DNA of 64,000 nucleotides from NCBI GenBank assembly GCA_048882045.1, contig JBHLRZ010000002.1:96001-160000 (forward strand). Direction: 5' to 3'. The notes below the pieces were generated by a model. The model ran no database searches. It was not told where the DNA came from and saw only the letters and a program-made list of their open reading frames with translations. The position numbers and the translations under genes are program-made. Shown piece after piece: positions 19,031 through 29,391 of this stretch. The stretch is from Candidatus Thorarchaeota archaeon. GTDB taxonomy: Archaea > Asgardarchaeota > Thorarchaeia > Thorarchaeales > Thorarchaeaceae. Numbering within the stretch: the stretch's first letter is position 1; every line of letters starts with the position of its first letter.

Positions 19031-20308
19031 ATAGGAACAGACTTCGACCAGAGTACAGCCAAATACGTCATTCGTGCGAGAATAGAAATAGATGGCGTGG
19101 TTGACAAGCCTGATGTAGTAGGCGCAGTATTTGGTCAGACTGAAGGTTTACTCGGTGAAGACCTAGATTTACGAGAACTTCAGCGGACCGGTCGTATAGG
19201 AAGAATTCAGATTGCCATCAGATCAGCAAAGGGCAAGAGCACTGGTGAGATTGTGATACCCGTTTCACTCAACAAGACAGCCACTGCAATACTAGCCGCG
19301 GCACTCGAAACTGTTGACAGAGTTGGTCCTTGCACAGCGAAAGTAATTCTCGAAAAACTTGAGGACATTCGTGGTGCAAAGAGAAGGAAAGTCGTTAGCC
19401 GAGCAATTAGCATATTGAAAGGATGGGAAGAAGACATTTCCCCAGGTGCTGACGAGATAAAGACTGCTGTAACAAAAGGAAGCAAGGTTCCTGTGTCCAA
19501 GTTCGGACCAGACAACCTGCCTGCTGGCCCTGACCTTGAAAAGAGTAAGGAAATCATCATTGTCGAAGGTAGAGCTGACATCATCAACCTAATGAAGTGT
19601 GGAATCACAAACACGGTTGCTGTTGAGGGAACCCACATTCCAAAGAGCGTTGCAGACCTCACAAAGAAGAGAGGCAAGACGGTGACAGCCTTTCTCGATG
19701 GCGATAGAGGTGGCGACCTGATACTAAGGGAACTCATGCAAGTAGCGAAAGTTGATTATATCGCTAGAGCCCCTGAAGGAAAAGAAGTTGAGGACCTCAC
19801 AAGGCGAGAGGTCATAAAAGCACTTCAGACTCATATTCCCGCTGATCAAGCACTTGCACTAGTCAAGGAAAGAAAGACGACCCCTGCAAAACAAAAGAAA
19901 CCTGCAAAGAAACCTACTCGCACCACTCGGACTCAAAGAGAACCGAGAAGAAGGGACGAAAGGCCTGAACGCCGAGCACCTTCCAGCAGAAGACCTGCAC
20001 GCAGTGAACCAATACATGTTGACGAAGCCTACAGTGCAAAAATTGGAGACATCAAAGAGGCATTCAAAGCCATTCTGTTTGATGAGAACAAAAAAGTTCT
20101 TGTGGAATGTGGAGTCGCTGAACTTGCAAAGACCCTCGAAGCGCAAGAAACAGTTCCGGCAATAGTCTTTGATGGAGTTATAACACAACGTCTTGTAGAC
20201 ATTGCTAGTAAGAAAAACACCGAGTTCTTGATTGGAGCTGCTGTGGCTGACATCGAAAACAAACCCGCCAGCATGAAGATTGTAACATTTGACGATATAG
20301 GTCAATAA
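19031..20308 (+). CDS. dnaG: archaeal DnaG (exosome-associated TOPRIM protein); start probably non-canonical
   Basis: KPDVVGAVFGQTEGLLG, VEGRAD, DGDRGG; DnaG-like TAKYVIRARIEIDG lies in frame upstream of GTG 19097. Confidence 0.93.
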   Translation: MGTDFDQSTAKYVIRARIEIDGVVDKPDVVGAVFGQTEGLLGEDLDLRELQRTGRIGRIQIAIRSAKGKSTGEIVIPVSLNKTATAILAAALETVDRVGPCTAKVILEKLEDIRGAKRRKVVSRAISILKGWEEDISPGADEIKTAVTKGSKVPVSKFGPDNLPAGPDLEKSKEIIIVEGRADIINLMKCGITNTVAVEGTHIPKSVADLTKKRGKTVTAFLDGDRGGDLILRELMQVAKVDYIARAPEGKEVEDLTRREVIKALQTHIPADQALALVKERKTTPAKQKKPAKKPTRTTRTQREPRRRDERPERRAPSSRRPARSEPIHVDEAYSAKIGDIKEAFKAILFDENKKVLVECGVAELAKTLEAQETVPAIVFDGVITQRLVDIASKKNTEFLIGAAVADIENKPASMKIVTFDDIGQ

Positions 20309-20416
20309 TGAGGCTCAATGAGCCTCATTCCTCTCTTTTTGGCTTACAAGTAATACTCACAATTATCTCATCGCTCATAGATGTTCATCTACAGAGTAGA
20401 TTAGAGGATCTCCACA

Positions 20417-21856
20417 GTGACTTCGCTTCTGGATGGACTAGAAACAACCGCACAGGTAGAAACCCCCTCAGATCCTTTCCAGAGAATTATCGGACAGGAG
20501 CATGCAGTTTCAATTGTTCGTTCTGCAGTAAAACAGCACAGGCATGTATTACTCTGTGGGGTACCAGGAATTGGTAAATCCATGCTTGCCAAGGCTGCAT
20601 ATACGCTCCTTGAAGAACCGAAAGAGGAGATTCGTCTGCGATACAATCCGTCGCAACCAGACCGACCCGATGTAGTTGTCAGACGCCCTTCTCAGTTGGA
20701 TGCAACAACAGAACAATCCGGTGTCGTCAATGTACTTGACACAATTTACGCCACACCAGACAGAATACCTTTTGACATATCGATAAAGATGGGATTCAGA
20801 TGCCCCGCATGCGGTAGCATCTCAACTCCCGAAGAGAGCTCATGTGCAGAGTGTGGAGTTGAGAAACGTTTTGATTGGACTCACGGTGAGTCGTATCACG
20901 GACTATTCAGAATGCTGGATGTGGTGAGAGAGCCCGCATTGAAAACAGTGACAAACTTGGAAGACATTGGTGGGCGATCTTATCAGGTCACCTATGAACA
21001 TACAAACCAGGGTGAAATCACTATTACAAGAAAGGGCTCTGGTGCCCAGATGGATCATCCATCACATGATACAAACCATGAGGAGCGTATTCTTGTTCCG
21101 CATAATTCCACTCGTTTCATTCGCGTAAGTGGAGCTAGTCCAGTCGAATTGTTAGGAGATGTTAAGCACGATCCTTACGGGAGTGCCGAATCTCTTGGTC
21201 TAGCAGCTCATCATCGAGTAGTTCCTGGAGCAATTCATGAAGCACATGAAGGAATTCTGTATATTGATGAGATTGCAGCCTTAGGAAGTTATCAAAGTCA
21301 TCTTCTTACTGCGATGCAAGATCGTGTTTTCTCCATATCAGGACACAATCCACTCAGCTCTGGAGCTGCAGTTCGAGTGGATGACGTTCCTTGCGATTTT
21401 ATCCTATTTGCATCATCTAATGTTGAGAATCTTGTGAATATTCTCGCACCATTACGATCTCGGATACGCGGATATGGGTATGAAGTTATGTTAGACTCTT
21501 GGATTCTGAAAAGTGAGAAGACTTGCAATGACATTGTGAGATTTGTTTCTCAAACTGTGGAAGAGGATGGTCGAATTCCTCACATGACTGCAAATTCCTT
21601 AGAAATAGTCCTCGAAATTGCAGAGAAGATGGCGTATCAACTCGATGAGGTGAAAGATGCTTTCACTTTACGTTTACGTGAACTGGGGGGTCTCATAAGG
21701 ATAGCTGGTGACCTCGCAGTCCATGACGAGTGTGAGTTTGTCAAGCCAGAGCATGTCAATCGAGCAACTGTTCTAACCAGAGGAATAAGTGATGAAACTC
21801 AATATTACCAAGGACAGAAGACTGAGCCATCTATTAGCAAAGACTATTTCTTCTGA
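20417..21856 (+). CDS. LonB-like AAA+ ATPase lacking the protease domain
   Basis: IIGQEHA, GVPGIGKS, LLGDVKHDPY, GAIHEAHEGILYIDEI, LRSRIRGYGYEV, LRLRELGGLIR; stops before any Ser-Lys protease domain. Confidence 0.85.
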   Translation: MTSLLDGLETTAQVETPSDPFQRIIGQEHAVSIVRSAVKQHRHVLLCGVPGIGKSMLAKAAYTLLEEPKEEIRLRYNPSQPDRPDVVVRRPSQLDATTEQSGVVNVLDTIYATPDRIPFDISIKMGFRCPACGSISTPEESSCAECGVEKRFDWTHGESYHGLFRMLDVVREPALKTVTNLEDIGGRSYQVTYEHTNQGEITITRKGSGAQMDHPSHDTNHEERILVPHNSTRFIRVSGASPVELLGDVKHDPYGSAESLGLAAHHRVVPGAIHEAHEGILYIDEIAALGSYQSHLLTAMQDRVFSISGHNPLSSGAAVRVDDVPCDFILFASSNVENLVNILAPLRSRIRGYGYEVMLDSWILKSEKTCNDIVRFVSQTVEEDGRIPHMTANSLEIVLEIAEKMAYQLDEVKDAFTLRLRELGGLIRIAGDLAVHDECEFVKPEHVNRATVLTRGISDETQYYQGQKTEPSISKDYFF

Positions 21857-21886
21857 CAGACACAGCAGACCGATGATGGTGGCATC

Positions 21887-22975
21887 TTGAAAATCGTTAA
21901 ACGGGTCCTCAAAGAAGGCAAGATTGTGCTGAAGATAGAAACCTTGGATGATCTTTGGCATCTTTACAATGTAGTAGGCCCTAGTGACGTCATAATTTCA
22001 AAAACATCCCGTCGCATACGAATAGGGGATGAGGATAGCAGGAAACAGGACAGCGTAAGAAAGACCATCGTGCTGAAGTTGGAAGTCGAGGAGGTTTCGT
22101 TTCATACATTCTCAAACAGAGTGCGAATCAAGGGGACGATACTCGAGGGTCCTAGGGACCTAGTCAATTTAGGTTCGTATCACACGATAAATATCGAAAC
22201 TGGAGACACACTGACCATAATCAAGGAGCACTGGCCAGGTTTCATTCTTGACAGACTGAAAGAAGCAGAAAAAGCACAACTTCGGCCCATGTGCCTTATT
22301 GTTACTATAGAGGATGGAACAGCCGAGCTGTTCCTAGCCGCAGACTTTGGCATTCGCGAGGCTGTACGCGTCCGTACAACCATTTCCAGAAAGAGAGGGG
22401 ACCAAAAGTCATATGATGCGACAATGAAGGACTTCTTTTCAGACACCATTCTCGCCATCCGTTCACAACTTGAGCAGCACGAGTTTGGCCTGATTGTCAT
22501 TTCTGGTCCCGGATTTGTCAAGGATCACTTTCGCGATCAGCTAATCGCAGCAAAGATCAAGGGACTCCCTCCAGTAGTCGTCGAAAGTACAAATTCTATT
22601 GGTATCCCAGGTGCCAAGGAGATTCTCTTCCGCGGTGTTATCTCAAAAGCCGTGACCGAACTTAAGGTTGAAACCGAAACTCGCCTTGTGGAGAGCCTAA
22701 TTGAACACATCTCGAAAGATGATGGCCTTGGAGCATATGGTAATGATGAGGTTTCTAAAGCTGTCCAATATGGAGCAGTCGAAGATCTTCTAATTACTGA
22801 CAAGAAACTCAGAGAGGGAGATGACAAGACACGTAGATGGATGGACGGATTGATTAGAGCTACTGAGGAGAGCAGGGGAAATTTTCACATCGTGTCCACA
22901 GAACATCCTGCTGGTGATCAGCTACAACGTCTTGGAGGAATGGGAGCAATCCTTCGGTTCAAGATAACCCAGTAG
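21887..22975 (+). CDS. pelA: pelota (Dom34) ribosome rescue factor
   Basis: DDLWHL, GSYHT, GPGFVK, YG..EV..A..YGAV, LGGMGAILRF. Confidence 0.95.
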   Translation: MKIVKRVLKEGKIVLKIETLDDLWHLYNVVGPSDVIISKTSRRIRIGDEDSRKQDSVRKTIVLKLEVEEVSFHTFSNRVRIKGTILEGPRDLVNLGSYHTINIETGDTLTIIKEHWPGFILDRLKEAEKAQLRPMCLIVTIEDGTAELFLAADFGIREAVRVRTTISRKRGDQKSYDATMKDFFSDTILAIRSQLEQHEFGLIVISGPGFVKDHFRDQLIAAKIKGLPPVVVESTNSIGIPGAKEILFRGVISKAVTELKVETETRLVESLIEHISKDDGLGAYGNDEVSKAVQYGAVEDLLITDKKLREGDDKTRRWMDGLIRATEESRGNFHIVSTEHPAGDQLQRLGGMGAILRFKITQ

Positions 22976-24121
22976 TCATAATGGGTCAAACATTGTTTGA
23001 AGGCGATCCCAAGTTGGATACTCAAATGCGATGCCAATCTCAATGTCTCCAATATCAGTTATCATATCTTTGAGAGAGTCAGCAATCTCCTCTAGTACCC
23101 ATGGTGCAATCTCAATCCGATGTCGCTTTTCATCCAGATTAAGCAGGCTTCCAGGAACACCGAACTGATTCAATAATAGTTGATGAATTGATTCCAGATC
23201 CGATATTGACAGTTCACTTCCATGAGGAGCTCTTACAACACCCAGTATAACCAGTGGGTCAGATTCATCACGCTCTTCAAACTCACGTATAGTCTTCTCA
23301 AGCCTCCGTTCGAGTCTGTTTCTCATCTGCACAGAGTCTTTGAACCGAGCAGAGCAGAAATGTACCGAGAGGTCTTGGAGGTTCTCCTTGGCCCACTCCA
23401 AGATACTCAAAGCAGTTGACGCACTACCCTCTATGCTTGCACTCTCCATACTCGTCAGTTTCATTCCAAGAGAAACCAGTCTTTCAAAATTGGTTTCACT
23501 GGCCTCTAGTTCATTGATGTTCAGAAAGGAAACTCCAATTTCCTCGGCACGTTTGGCTACTTTGATGAGATTTTCTTCCTTGCCTGGTATAGCTGGAACT
23601 TCAATACCGACTAGAAATCCTCTCTCTATTGCACGTTCAATTCCTGACCAATCATCTGTCTGTGGATGGAATCGAATCTCATCAAGTCCGGCGTTCATTA
23701 GTTGTTCAAGATCAACATCACTGACATCAGTGAGACTTGTGTAGAGGTGTATGTGAAACTCAGGACCAAACTTATTCTTCAGCAACTGAATATACTCCAG
23801 AGTGCGGTCCATTTTACAGAGTGGATCACCTCCACTGATCCCTGCACCCCTGCTCATGATTGCTCTTGCCTCAAAGAGGATGTCGTTTCTGTCAGAAATT
23901 GGCACCTCATCAGCAAATACTACATCCTGTCCAGTCTTACTCTGCGAAAGGGGACAATAGTAACACGAACTTTCACAAAGACCAGTTACAAAAAGTACCA
24001 TCTTCGCACCCTCAGCGCACAACCGACAGCCTGGTGGCACCTCACCAACAACGCGTGAGCCACCTTGAAGTTGGTCAATCTTCCGACTCAAGCTGTCATC
24101 TCCTTCTCTTGCGACGTTCAA
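22976..24121 (-). CDS. radical SAM protein (COG2108-like)
   Basis: GCRLC..GAKMVLFVTGLCESSCYYCP, GGDP, LDEIRFHP; real start probably downstream of 24121. Confidence 0.85.
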   Translation of the reverse strand: MNVAREGDDSLSRKIDQLQGGSRVVGEVPPGCRLCAEGAKMVLFVTGLCESSCYYCPLSQSKTGQDVVFADEVPISDRNDILFEARAIMSRGAGISGGDPLCKMDRTLEYIQLLKNKFGPEFHIHLYTSLTDVSDVDLEQLMNAGLDEIRFHPQTDDWSGIERAIERGFLVGIEVPAIPGKEENLIKVAKRAEEIGVSFLNINELEASETNFERLVSLGMKLTSMESASIEGSASTALSILEWAKENLQDLSVHFCSARFKDSVQMRNRLERRLEKTIREFEERDESDPLVILGVVRAPHGSELSISDLESIHQLLLNQFGVPGSLLNLDEKRHRIEIAPWVLEEIADSLKDMITDIGDIEIGIAFEYPTWDRLQTMFDPL

Positions 24122-24803
24122 TAGTACGCCTTAGTGCTGGATCACTGTCCTGTAATTGTTTTGCTACCTCTTCAAAACTCTCATCTTCGTCGAGGTTTCT
24201 TGTGAGATAGACTCCTGTTCTCCCTACATTGTCACGTCGAGAGAGAACTCTCACACGTTCTCGTGCTATTCCAGTACTGACTTCAAGTCTCTTTGCAATC
24301 TTGACCTCATGTCCAATGACCCCTTGTTCTATGTGCCCATAATCAGTCGGTTCTATGAGAATCAGACGTTTGTCAACGCCTAGAACTCTTAGGTTGCTCT
24401 CCAAACCAGTTGCATCCATGATGCCTCCCCAGCGATAGAATTCCTCCTCTCTCGGTCTCATTTTGAACAATGGAAATGAAACTACGATATTTCTTGGAAG
24501 GTGAATGTGACCCTTGAGGACCATTGATGGTGTGGCTTGGACAAGCTCTCGTTTAACAGACTGCCCAAGAACGAGTTCCAACCTGTAGCTTGACACTTGG
24601 TGGAGAATGATGATGTCTATATCAGACGACTTGCTGATATCGCCTCTTGCCACAGAACCGTACACATAGGGGGTTACTGACATTGATTCAATTGATCGCA
24701 TCGTCTTTATTGCATTCTCTCTTAAATCACTCAGATGGTCCCAGTGATCCTGATCATAATAGACCTGTCTGAGTTCATGCAGTATTTCGGGCTTCTTAGC
24801 CAC
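24096..24803 (-). CDS. Pol-beta-type nucleotidyltransferase domain protein (COG2413-like)
   Basis: YGSVARGD...SDID, GVDKRL, RTGVY. Confidence 0.85.
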   Translation of the reverse strand: MAKKPEILHELRQVYYDQDHWDHLSDLRENAIKTMRSIESMSVTPYVYGSVARGDISKSSDIDIIILHQVSSYRLELVLGQSVKRELVQATPSMVLKGHIHLPRNIVVSFPLFKMRPREEEFYRWGGIMDATGLESNLRVLGVDKRLILIEPTDYGHIEQGVIGHEVKIAKRLEVSTGIARERVRVLSRRDNVGRTGVYLTRNLDEDESFEEVAKQLQDSDPALRRTIERRKRRR

Positions 24804-24808
24804 TGGGA

Positions 24809-25756
24809 TTAACCCCCTATCTCTTCCAACATCTTACAGGCCTTACAGATTGGAGATGGAGACGGCATACCACATCTCTCACATACCACTGGTTTCCAAG
24901 AGGAAGAGCTTTCAAGAAAGATGTCAGTCATTGTTTCAGCTGATCTCAGAACAGCCAAGAGCGTACCCGGCCTTTTGTGTTCCATTTCGTTCATGAACAA
25001 TCTCAGGTCGTTTCGATAGGCTTCTCCTGCATATGGACATGGAACATCATGGTATGGTAGTTCGAGATGATGTGCATAAGCTACAATATCTCTCTCTGAG
25101 AGTTCGGCAATCGGCTTAACTCGTGGGACCAGTCCTTCAATCGATCTATTACGGGGAACGTTTGTTCTTACGATTCTGCGACTATCTCCTCTCATTATGT
25201 TCATAAGGACAGTCTGAGCCTCGTCATCAAGGTTGTGACCCACAGCAATTACATCTGCTCCAATTCGTTTTGCAGCCTCGTTCAATGTTCGTCTTCGAAA
25301 AACCCCACAGTAAGAACATGCGCCTAGAGAGTTCTCATTTCTTTTTTCTACAATCTCATCTAAGGAATGGCCAATCAGTTCTTGGAACGAGAGGACCTCA
25401 AGTTTGAGATCAAGAGCATTGGTCAACTCTCGAGCGGCTTTTAGTGCCTCATTCCTATATCCTTGGATGCCCTCGTCTACGGTCACAGGTACAATCTCTG
25501 AGTTTGGAAAGTTGCTCTCGATTCTATGAAGGACATCAAGAAGTACTGCACTATCTTTTCCACCAGAGATTGCGACAGCTATTCTATCATCTTCTCGAAA
25601 CATCTTCTGACGATTGATTGTTCTCCGGACTCTATCCAATGTGGTCTGGACTAAGCATGAAATACAAAGCCTCTCTGCAGTATACCTACGCAGATATACC
25701 GCTGGTTCTCCACATTTCGAACATCCGGATTGCATCTTGTCGGCTCCAAGACGCAA
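24809..25756 (-). CDS. tRNA 2-thiolation protein, TtuA/Ncs6 family
   Basis: PP-loop SGGKDS, CSYCGVFRR, GHNLDD, CPY, N- and C-terminal Zn fingers. Confidence 0.92.
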   Translation of the reverse strand: MRLGADKMQSGCSKCGEPAVYLRRYTAERLCISCLVQTTLDRVRRTINRQKMFREDDRIAVAISGGKDSAVLLDVLHRIESNFPNSEIVPVTVDEGIQGYRNEALKAARELTNALDLKLEVLSFQELIGHSLDEIVEKRNENSLGACSYCGVFRRRTLNEAAKRIGADVIAVGHNLDDEAQTVLMNIMRGDSRRIVRTNVPRNRSIEGLVPRVKPIAELSERDIVAYAHHLELPYHDVPCPYAGEAYRNDLRLFMNEMEHKRPGTLLAVLRSAETMTDIFLESSSSWKPVVCERCGMPSPSPICKACKMLEEIGG

Positions 25757-25794
25757 ATCACTTGGATTCTAGTTAAAGATGTTCACATGAACGT

Positions 25795-26217
25795 TCAAGG
25801 CTTGGTCTTTTCGTCTTTCTTCTCTTTCATCTTGATCTCGTCAACAATCTGGACACGTTTGACATGTAGGGCTGCCTTATTGGCTCTGAAACTGGCTGCA
25901 TGAATGATATCATCAACTGTCCTGTGCCATTCAGCAGGGGATAGAATACTATGAATCTCCTTAAACGACTCGCTCAGACGCTCCACACGAGCTAGACACT
26001 CTACTCTGTCCTCAGACAGTCGTTGCTCGTCGAAAATCATCAGAGCATAGCCTTTGAGTGCTTCCCAGTCTACATCGCCATTTGTTTGGAGAAGTATCTT
26101 CAGCTTGGCGAGTGGTTCTTTCCAGGAACCCGGAATAAACATCGTAAGGTAGTCAGCCAATGCTTTTCTGGCTCTTTCTCGAACTTCTTGCTTTGTACCA
26201 ATCTGGTGGGTCATCAT
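25795..26217 (-). CDS. hypothetical protein
   Basis: 140-aa helical ORF, co-oriented with neighbours. Confidence 0.6.
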   Translation of the reverse strand: MMTHQIGTKQEVRERARKALADYLTMFIPGSWKEPLAKLKILLQTNGDVDWEALKGYALMIFDEQRLSEDRVECLARVERLSESFKEIHSILSPAEWHRTVDDIIHAASFRANKAALHVKRVQIVDEIKMKEKKDEKTKP

Positions 26218-26279
26218 CTTTCATCGGACTAACATGCATTTTCATGCTATATTAGGCCCACAGGAACCGAAGAATTCCT

Positions 26280-27446
26280 CTAGAACAATCCTTTACCCAT
26301 TATCAGACTCAGAACTATGCTAAGGACTACAATTAGCAATGCCGCAATCCGCACAGGCCACATGATGTATTTGATTTTCTTCTCATCTTTGATGTACAGA
26401 CTGAGACCATTCGACAGAAGCTTATCTCCATCAAGCGGAGGAATTGGTAGCAGGTTGAACAAAGCCACTGACATAAGAATCAGGTAACACCAGAAGATGA
26501 CCTGATTCAGATGGAAGACGAACATGGGTGTAAGTATTAAATCCCAGCCTGGCTTTGGTTCCCAGTAGTCTGCTCCATATACTCCCATGTATCCTTTAGA
26601 TGCATTGAGCTCGCTCGCCGCAAGTATGATCGTCACATCACCATCGAGAGTATGAATTATCAGTCGATCACCTGCACCAGCGTCTTGCATGAATACACTG
26701 ACAGCAGACCAGTTGGCGATTGTCGTATCATTGAGCCCAATGATGACGTCTCCCACGTCAAGAGCCTGCGCTGCAGGACTCCCATCCTGAAGACTATAGA
26801 TATATGCACCACTGGGTGGGTTGTAGGCAATCGAAACCAATGGATTGAAGTTCAATAGAATTATGAGAAACACAAAACCCCACGCTAGGTTTGAAAAAGA
26901 CCCAGCAGCAAGCATCCGCATTCGGGCTTGAGGAGTCACCTTGTTCTCGAACTCCTCCTCGTCAGGTTCTACAAAAGCTCCAAACAGAACTAGAAAGGCA
27001 AGAAGTCCTGAACTCTTGATAGTGATATCATCTCTCGATGAAGCAAGACCGTGGGCAAACTCATGAGTCAAGAGTGTGATAGCCAATGCAACTAGCATAT
27101 ACAACAATGGAAGTCCTGTAATTGTTATGCCTGGGATTATTGGCACAACCCCTCCCGCGGCTGCTGGTTGGATGAAGAACTTGAGAAGGTTGTCTCCAAA
27201 CATCCAAAATGCGAATATCATCCCACCGAAACCTACAACAATACCAGCATTGAAGAATGCCAGTGGAAACTTCTTCCCCATTCTTGTAAGGAATGCATTC
27301 AAACGCTCCGTACGCCACATAAAGAAGAATGGCATACCCGCATCAATCCCCTTCTCTTGAAGTTTCTCAATGCCGATTGTCTGTGCGATAAAATAGACAA
27401 CAAGCCATGCTATTCCTATAATTGCAAAAATTGTCAATGGATCCAT
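26280..27446 (-). CDS. site-2 protease (M50) with PDZ domain
   Basis: HEFAH, GAFVEPD, NLLPIPPLDG, PDZ GSPAAQALDVGDVI. Confidence 0.93.
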   Translation of the reverse strand: MDPLTIFAIIGIAWLVVYFIAQTIGIEKLQEKGIDAGMPFFFMWRTERLNAFLTRMGKKFPLAFFNAGIVVGFGGMIFAFWMFGDNLLKFFIQPAAAGGVVPIIPGITITGLPLLYMLVALAITLLTHEFAHGLASSRDDITIKSSGLLAFLVLFGAFVEPDEEEFENKVTPQARMRMLAAGSFSNLAWGFVFLIILLNFNPLVSIAYNPPSGAYIYSLQDGSPAAQALDVGDVIIGLNDTTIANWSAVSVFMQDAGAGDRLIIHTLDGDVTIILAASELNASKGYMGVYGADYWEPKPGWDLILTPMFVFHLNQVIFWCYLILMSVALFNLLPIPPLDGDKLLSNGLSLYIKDEKKIKYIMWPVRIAALLIVVLSIVLSLIMGKGLF

Positions 27447-27636
27447 GAACTGTCAATCCGAAGGGTCTGTGGCGCGTCGATGTCGCACACGAATATAATG
27501 CTTATGTACGAGGTATAAGCCCTCTGACATTGTTTTGTACGAGGCCCAACCACAATCCTCATAAAGTGAGTCAATTTGGCTACCGCTGGTGTCCATCGGG
27601 ACCCATTACCACTACTCTAGGTAGGCGAAGCGATAA

Positions 27637-28020
27637 TTGCCATACAAACTTGTGATTTCCGATCCAGAAACTGGAAAGTCCATCCAGTACGAGCTAGACG
27701 ACGCCAAAACAAATGCTCTTGTTGGAAAAGCAGTTGGCGAAATTGTAGAAGGAGATGTCCTCGGACTTCCCGGATACAAATTGAAGATCACTGGAGGAAG
27801 TGACACATCTGGCTTTCCAATCCGACCTGATGTTCATGGTAGCGGTAAGAAACGCGTTTTGATACGGGGGACTCCTGGCTTCAGACCAAAGAGAAAGGGA
27901 ATCGCTAGGAGAAAGACTGTTCGAGGCAGAGAGCTCAGCCCTGACATCTCTCAGGTCAATATGAGAGTTGAAGAAAAGGGTAGCGCACCACTCGAAGAAC
28001 TAGTCATGCAGCCTTCATGA
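27637..28020 (+). CDS. rps6e: 30S ribosomal protein S6e
   Basis: ITGGSDTSGFP, RRKTVRG. Confidence 0.96.
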   Translation: MPYKLVISDPETGKSIQYELDDAKTNALVGKAVGEIVEGDVLGLPGYKLKITGGSDTSGFPIRPDVHGSGKKRVLIRGTPGFRPKRKGIARRKTVRGRELSPDISQVNMRVEEKGSAPLEELVMQPS

Positions 28021-28127
28021 GGTCGCCTTGACCATTTCACAGGTCAAATGCTCGAACAAACCATAGACTTCTTATGGGCAACGTGAAGAAGGTGACTAAC
28101 GCCCTACAAGCCGGAAGTGAAGATTAG

Positions 28128-29369
28128 GTGACCAGAAAGTACGAGGGACAATCAGAAATCAGCATTGGCGCATTGGGTCATGTCGACCATGGCAAGACCA
28201 CACTTGTTTCATACCTCACAGGAGAGTGGACTGACCGTCACTCTGATGAGATACGAAGAGGTATCTCGATTCGACTTGGTTATGCTGCAACCACTCTGAT
28301 GAAATGCACTAATTGTCCCGAACCCGAAGCTTTCACTACATCTCACTTGACAAAGGAAGGTAAATGTAACAAGTGTGGCGGAGATCTAGAAGTTCTCAGG
28401 GAAATCTCATTTGTTGACAGTCCTGGACACGAGTCACTGATGGCAACATGTCTCAGCGGAGCCAGTCTCATGGATGGTGCAATCCTCGTCATTGCGGCCA
28501 ATGAGCCCTGTCCAATGCCTCAGACTTCTGAACATCTGCATGCACTCGAAATCGTAGGTGTGAAGAACATAATCATTGTTCAGAACAAGATTGAGCTTGT
28601 AACAAAAGAACAAGCAAAGGAACACTATCAGCAGATAAAGGACTTCATTCAAGGAACCGCAGCTGAAAATGCACCTGTCGTTCCAGTTTCAGCAATATTC
28701 GGAGCCAATACAGACTTGCTCATCCAGATGATTGAGGAGGTCATCCCCACTCCAAACCGTGATGATGAAGCTCCACCTAAGATGTTCGTAGCTCGTTCGT
28801 TTGATATCAATAGACCTGGAACATTACCTGACAAGATACAAGGTGGAGTGGTTGGCGGATCAATAGTCCAAGGAAAACTCGCAGTCGGAGATGAAATTGA
28901 GATATCTCCTGGTGCAAAGGGTGAGAAGGGATTCAAACCCATAAAGGCTAAGGTCACAAGTCTATTATCCGGTAGTGGAAACCAATTACAAGAGGCCTAT
29001 CCTGGAGGTCTTATTGGAGTGGGAACTGCATTGGATCCTGCGTCCACTAGAGCGGACAGGCTTGTTGGGAATGTAGTGGGTAAAGTTGGCAAGATGCCTA
29101 AGATAATCGATAAGCTCATGATCAAACCAATCTTGATGCAGCGAGTCGTTGGAACTGAATCTAAGAAACAAGTTGAGAATCTCAGACTCAATGAATCAAT
29201 GATGCTTGTCTTAGGGACAGCTCCTACTGTTGGTGTGATCACAAGACTTCATGGTGACGAGATCGAACTCACACTCAAACGACCTGTGGTTGCTGAAAAG
29301 GGTCAGCGAATGGCTATAGGCCGTAGAGTTGAAAACAAGTGGCGACTAATCGGGTATGCCGAGGTCTAA
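28128..29369 (+). CDS. eif2g: translation initiation factor 2 gamma subunit
   Basis: GHVDHGKTT, RGISIRLGYA, DSPGHE, QNKIE, WRLIGY. Confidence 0.97.
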   Translation: MTRKYEGQSEISIGALGHVDHGKTTLVSYLTGEWTDRHSDEIRRGISIRLGYAATTLMKCTNCPEPEAFTTSHLTKEGKCNKCGGDLEVLREISFVDSPGHESLMATCLSGASLMDGAILVIAANEPCPMPQTSEHLHALEIVGVKNIIIVQNKIELVTKEQAKEHYQQIKDFIQGTAAENAPVVPVSAIFGANTDLLIQMIEEVIPTPNRDDEAPPKMFVARSFDINRPGTLPDKIQGGVVGGSIVQGKLAVGDEIEISPGAKGEKGFKPIKAKVTSLLSGSGNQLQEAYPGGLIGVGTALDPASTRADRLVGNVVGKVGKMPKIIDKLMIKPILMQRVVGTESKKQVENLRLNESMMLVLGTAPTVGVITRLHGDEIELTLKRPVVAEKGQRMAIGRRVENKWRLIGYAEV

Positions 29370-29391
29370 GTTGCCACTTTTGGTGAATAAT

